44,659 nucleotides of DNA from a virus. Taxonomy: Duplodnaviria > Caudoviricetes. Every line of letters begins with the position of its first letter. Within the stretch, counting starts at the first letter, position 1. Of this stretch, positions 43,277 to 44,659 are shown piece after piece. Where the stretch lies: positions 1-44,659 of IMG/VR virus record IMGVR_UViG_3300007734_000695; one strand, 5' to 3'. The position numbers and the translations under genes are program-made. The notes below the pieces were generated by a model that saw only the letters and a list, made by a program, of their open reading frames with translations, was not told where the DNA came from and searched no databases.

Positions 43277-43642
43277 ATGACCAGCATGAGCACGCGCTTG
43301 CGGCTGGCGCGGGAAAGCGCGGGATTTGAAACAATTTCGGCTGTTATTTCACGTTTTGGGTGGAAACGGTCGGCTTACTCCCACCACGAGAACGGAATAA
43401 GAGAATTTGGAGTACAAGACGCAGTCAAATATGGCCGCGCCTTTCGCGTCTCTGCTTGGTGGCTCCTATCTGGGGTTGTCGAACCTAAAGAGCGGAGTGA
43501 TTTTACTAAGGACGAGATGCTATTGATTGAAAAGTACCGGGCCGCCTCGGACACGCTTAGGGAGGCAGCCCACGCCGTTCTGACCCCTAAGGCTAGGGGC
43601 AACGTTACCGTCATCGGCACCCACCGTCGCGCCGCCACATAG
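43277..43642 (+). CDS. cI: CI-like XRE repressor lacking an S24 peptidase domain
   Basis: RLRLARE.AG...Y.HHENG.R...A.KY..AF.VS..WLL.G; only 121 aa. Confidence 0.85.
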   Translation: MTSMSTRLRLARESAGFETISAVISRFGWKRSAYSHHENGIREFGVQDAVKYGRAFRVSAWWLLSGVVEPKERSDFTKDEMLLIEKYRAASDTLREAAHAVLTPKARGNVTVIGTHRRAAT

Positions 43643-43680
43643 CTCCGTCACCGAAATAGTCTAATCGGTCGCACCTAGCG

Positions 43681-43722
43681 ATACAGATTGTACTTGCGCT
43701 CGGCCGATACGGAGCGTACTAT
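43681..43722 (+). promoter_or_regulatory. PL-like promoter (TTGCGC-N17-TACTAT) with two operators ATAC-N5-GTAC (43681, 43707)
   Basis: Same 13-mer and same 26-bp spacing as at PR. Confidence 0.78.
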
Positions 43723-43822
43723 CGCGTCTGTCAGCCACCCGCTGGCCCTCCCCACGGAGGCAACGCCCGGCGCCGCTCCCGCTCCCCTCGGGATGCGGTG
43801 CCGGGATGAGGAGACGGAACCG

Positions 43823-44086
43823 ATGGCGATCAATTCAGCGAGCGACCACGGATACAGCGCCGAGCCTCGGCCGCTTGACGTGCATATCAATGACCTCTTC
43901 CGCGTGCGCTGTGCCCTCGGCATTTCCGAGCGCCGCGTCCTGCGCCCACATCGCGACGCCGGCTATTTCGAGACGGTCTTCGTGCGTTGGGTGACCGAGC
44001 CGGACCACCTCTGCCGCCACAGCGCGAAGGGCAGCATCGAGATCATGTCACGCAGCGCCGTCATCGCCGCTCTGGCCGCCGCCTAG
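43823..44086 (+). CDS. Early-left hypothetical protein
   Basis: GAGGAG RBS; first gene after PL. Confidence 0.65.
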   Translation: MAINSASDHGYSAEPRPLDVHINDLFRVRCALGISERRVLRPHRDAGYFETVFVRWVTEPDHLCRHSAKGSIEIMSRSAVIAALAAA

Positions 44087-44098
44087 AGGAGACGGAAG

Positions 44099-44449
44099 AT
44101 GCCCTCACGCGAAGACCGCTCGCCCGTGCAGCACACGGCAGGCCCGTGGAAAATCACGCAAGAGAGCGTCGACCCCGCATGGCACATCGTGACGGCGCCC
44201 GGCGGCCGGATCATAGCGAATGTTCACATCGAGATCGGTAACTCGATGGACGAAGCCAACGCGCGCCTCGTTGTCGCCGCGCTGGACATGCTCAAGGCGC
44301 TGTTGGAGATCGTTCAAGCGACCGACGCCTACGACGAAAGCGAGGCGGGCGACGAGCGATGCGCCAAGGCGATCGAGCAAGCGCGCGATGTTCTGGAGTC
44401 GATCCTTTACCCGAACGGCGCCATCGCCAAGGCGGAGGGCGAGTCATGA
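44099..44449 (+). CDS. Hypothetical phage protein (HT.GPW...EANARL..AA.DML.AL family)
   Basis: Widespread phage motif; GAGGAG RBS. Confidence 0.78.
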   Translation: MPSREDRSPVQHTAGPWKITQESVDPAWHIVTAPGGRIIANVHIEIGNSMDEANARLVVAALDMLKALLEIVQATDAYDESEAGDERCAKAIEQARDVLESILYPNGAIAKAEGES

Positions 44450-44659
44450 ACAAGCTCGAAACCCACCTGCTCCTCTCCATCGGCTCCGGCGATGCCGAGC
44501 ACGAGTTCCCGCGGCTGGTGGTCGAGTACCGCCATGTCGATGCCTACAGCGGGCGCAACCGCCATGGCGAGGCAATCGAGCCGCCCGAGCCCGAGCATTG
44601 CACGCTCGGCAACGTCTACGCGCTGATCGACGGCGCCCGCCACCCCCTCCCCGAGTGGA
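44446..44659 (+). CDS. Hypothetical protein, 3' truncated
   Basis: ATGA overlap; GGAGG RBS; open to window end. Confidence 0.6.
   Translation, partial: MNKLETHLLLSIGSGDAEHEFPRLVVEYRHVDAYSGRNRHGEAIEPPEPEHCTLGNVYALIDGARHPLPEW

Larger units (their letters stand above)
1..44659. mobile_element. Temperate P22-like podophage genome (near complete, apparently excised/circularly permuted form)
   Basis: Integrase + attP, cI/cro switch, replication, terminase-portal-scaffold-capsid, tail/ejection and lysis modules in lambdoid order; no tape measure or sheath gene; no host housekeeping genes. Confidence 0.93.

Overview
Almost complete genome of a temperate, high-GC, P22-like short-tailed (podovirus-type) phage. 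The host is probably alphaproteobacterial, inferred from a GcrA homologue, an SleB-type endolysin and the tRNA-Lys target. It appears to be in the excised/circular state: the C-terminus of a tyrosine integrase is followed by an attP-like site (3' half of tRNA-Lys(UUU) plus arm repeats) with phage genes on both sides. The minus strand carries cro, a two-frame C5 methyltransferase, an HTH-PAS regulator with a GNAT-fold partner, DUF1064, an adenine methylase with internal 48-bp repeats, GcrA, DnaB and a replication initiator, a sugar O-methyltransferase, terS/terL, portal, scaffold, capsid, tail, a glycosyltransferase, an ART-like protein, ejection proteins, tail fibre, HNH and lysis genes. The plus strand carries cI and the early-left genes. 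Strongest candidates for new biology: (1) a CII-position HTH-PAS sensor translationally coupled to an acyltransferase-fold protein, a possible small-molecule lysis/lysogeny signalling pair; (2) a short R-E-x-[IM]-A-[RK]-[AK]-L-[RM]-G helix at the termini of several unrelated head/ejection proteins, a possible capsid-cargo tag; (3) a TCCAC-N11-GTGGA palindrome preceding late gene blocks, and a ~420-nt structured leader upstream of terS. All functional calls come from motif recognition by eye; no database searches were run.
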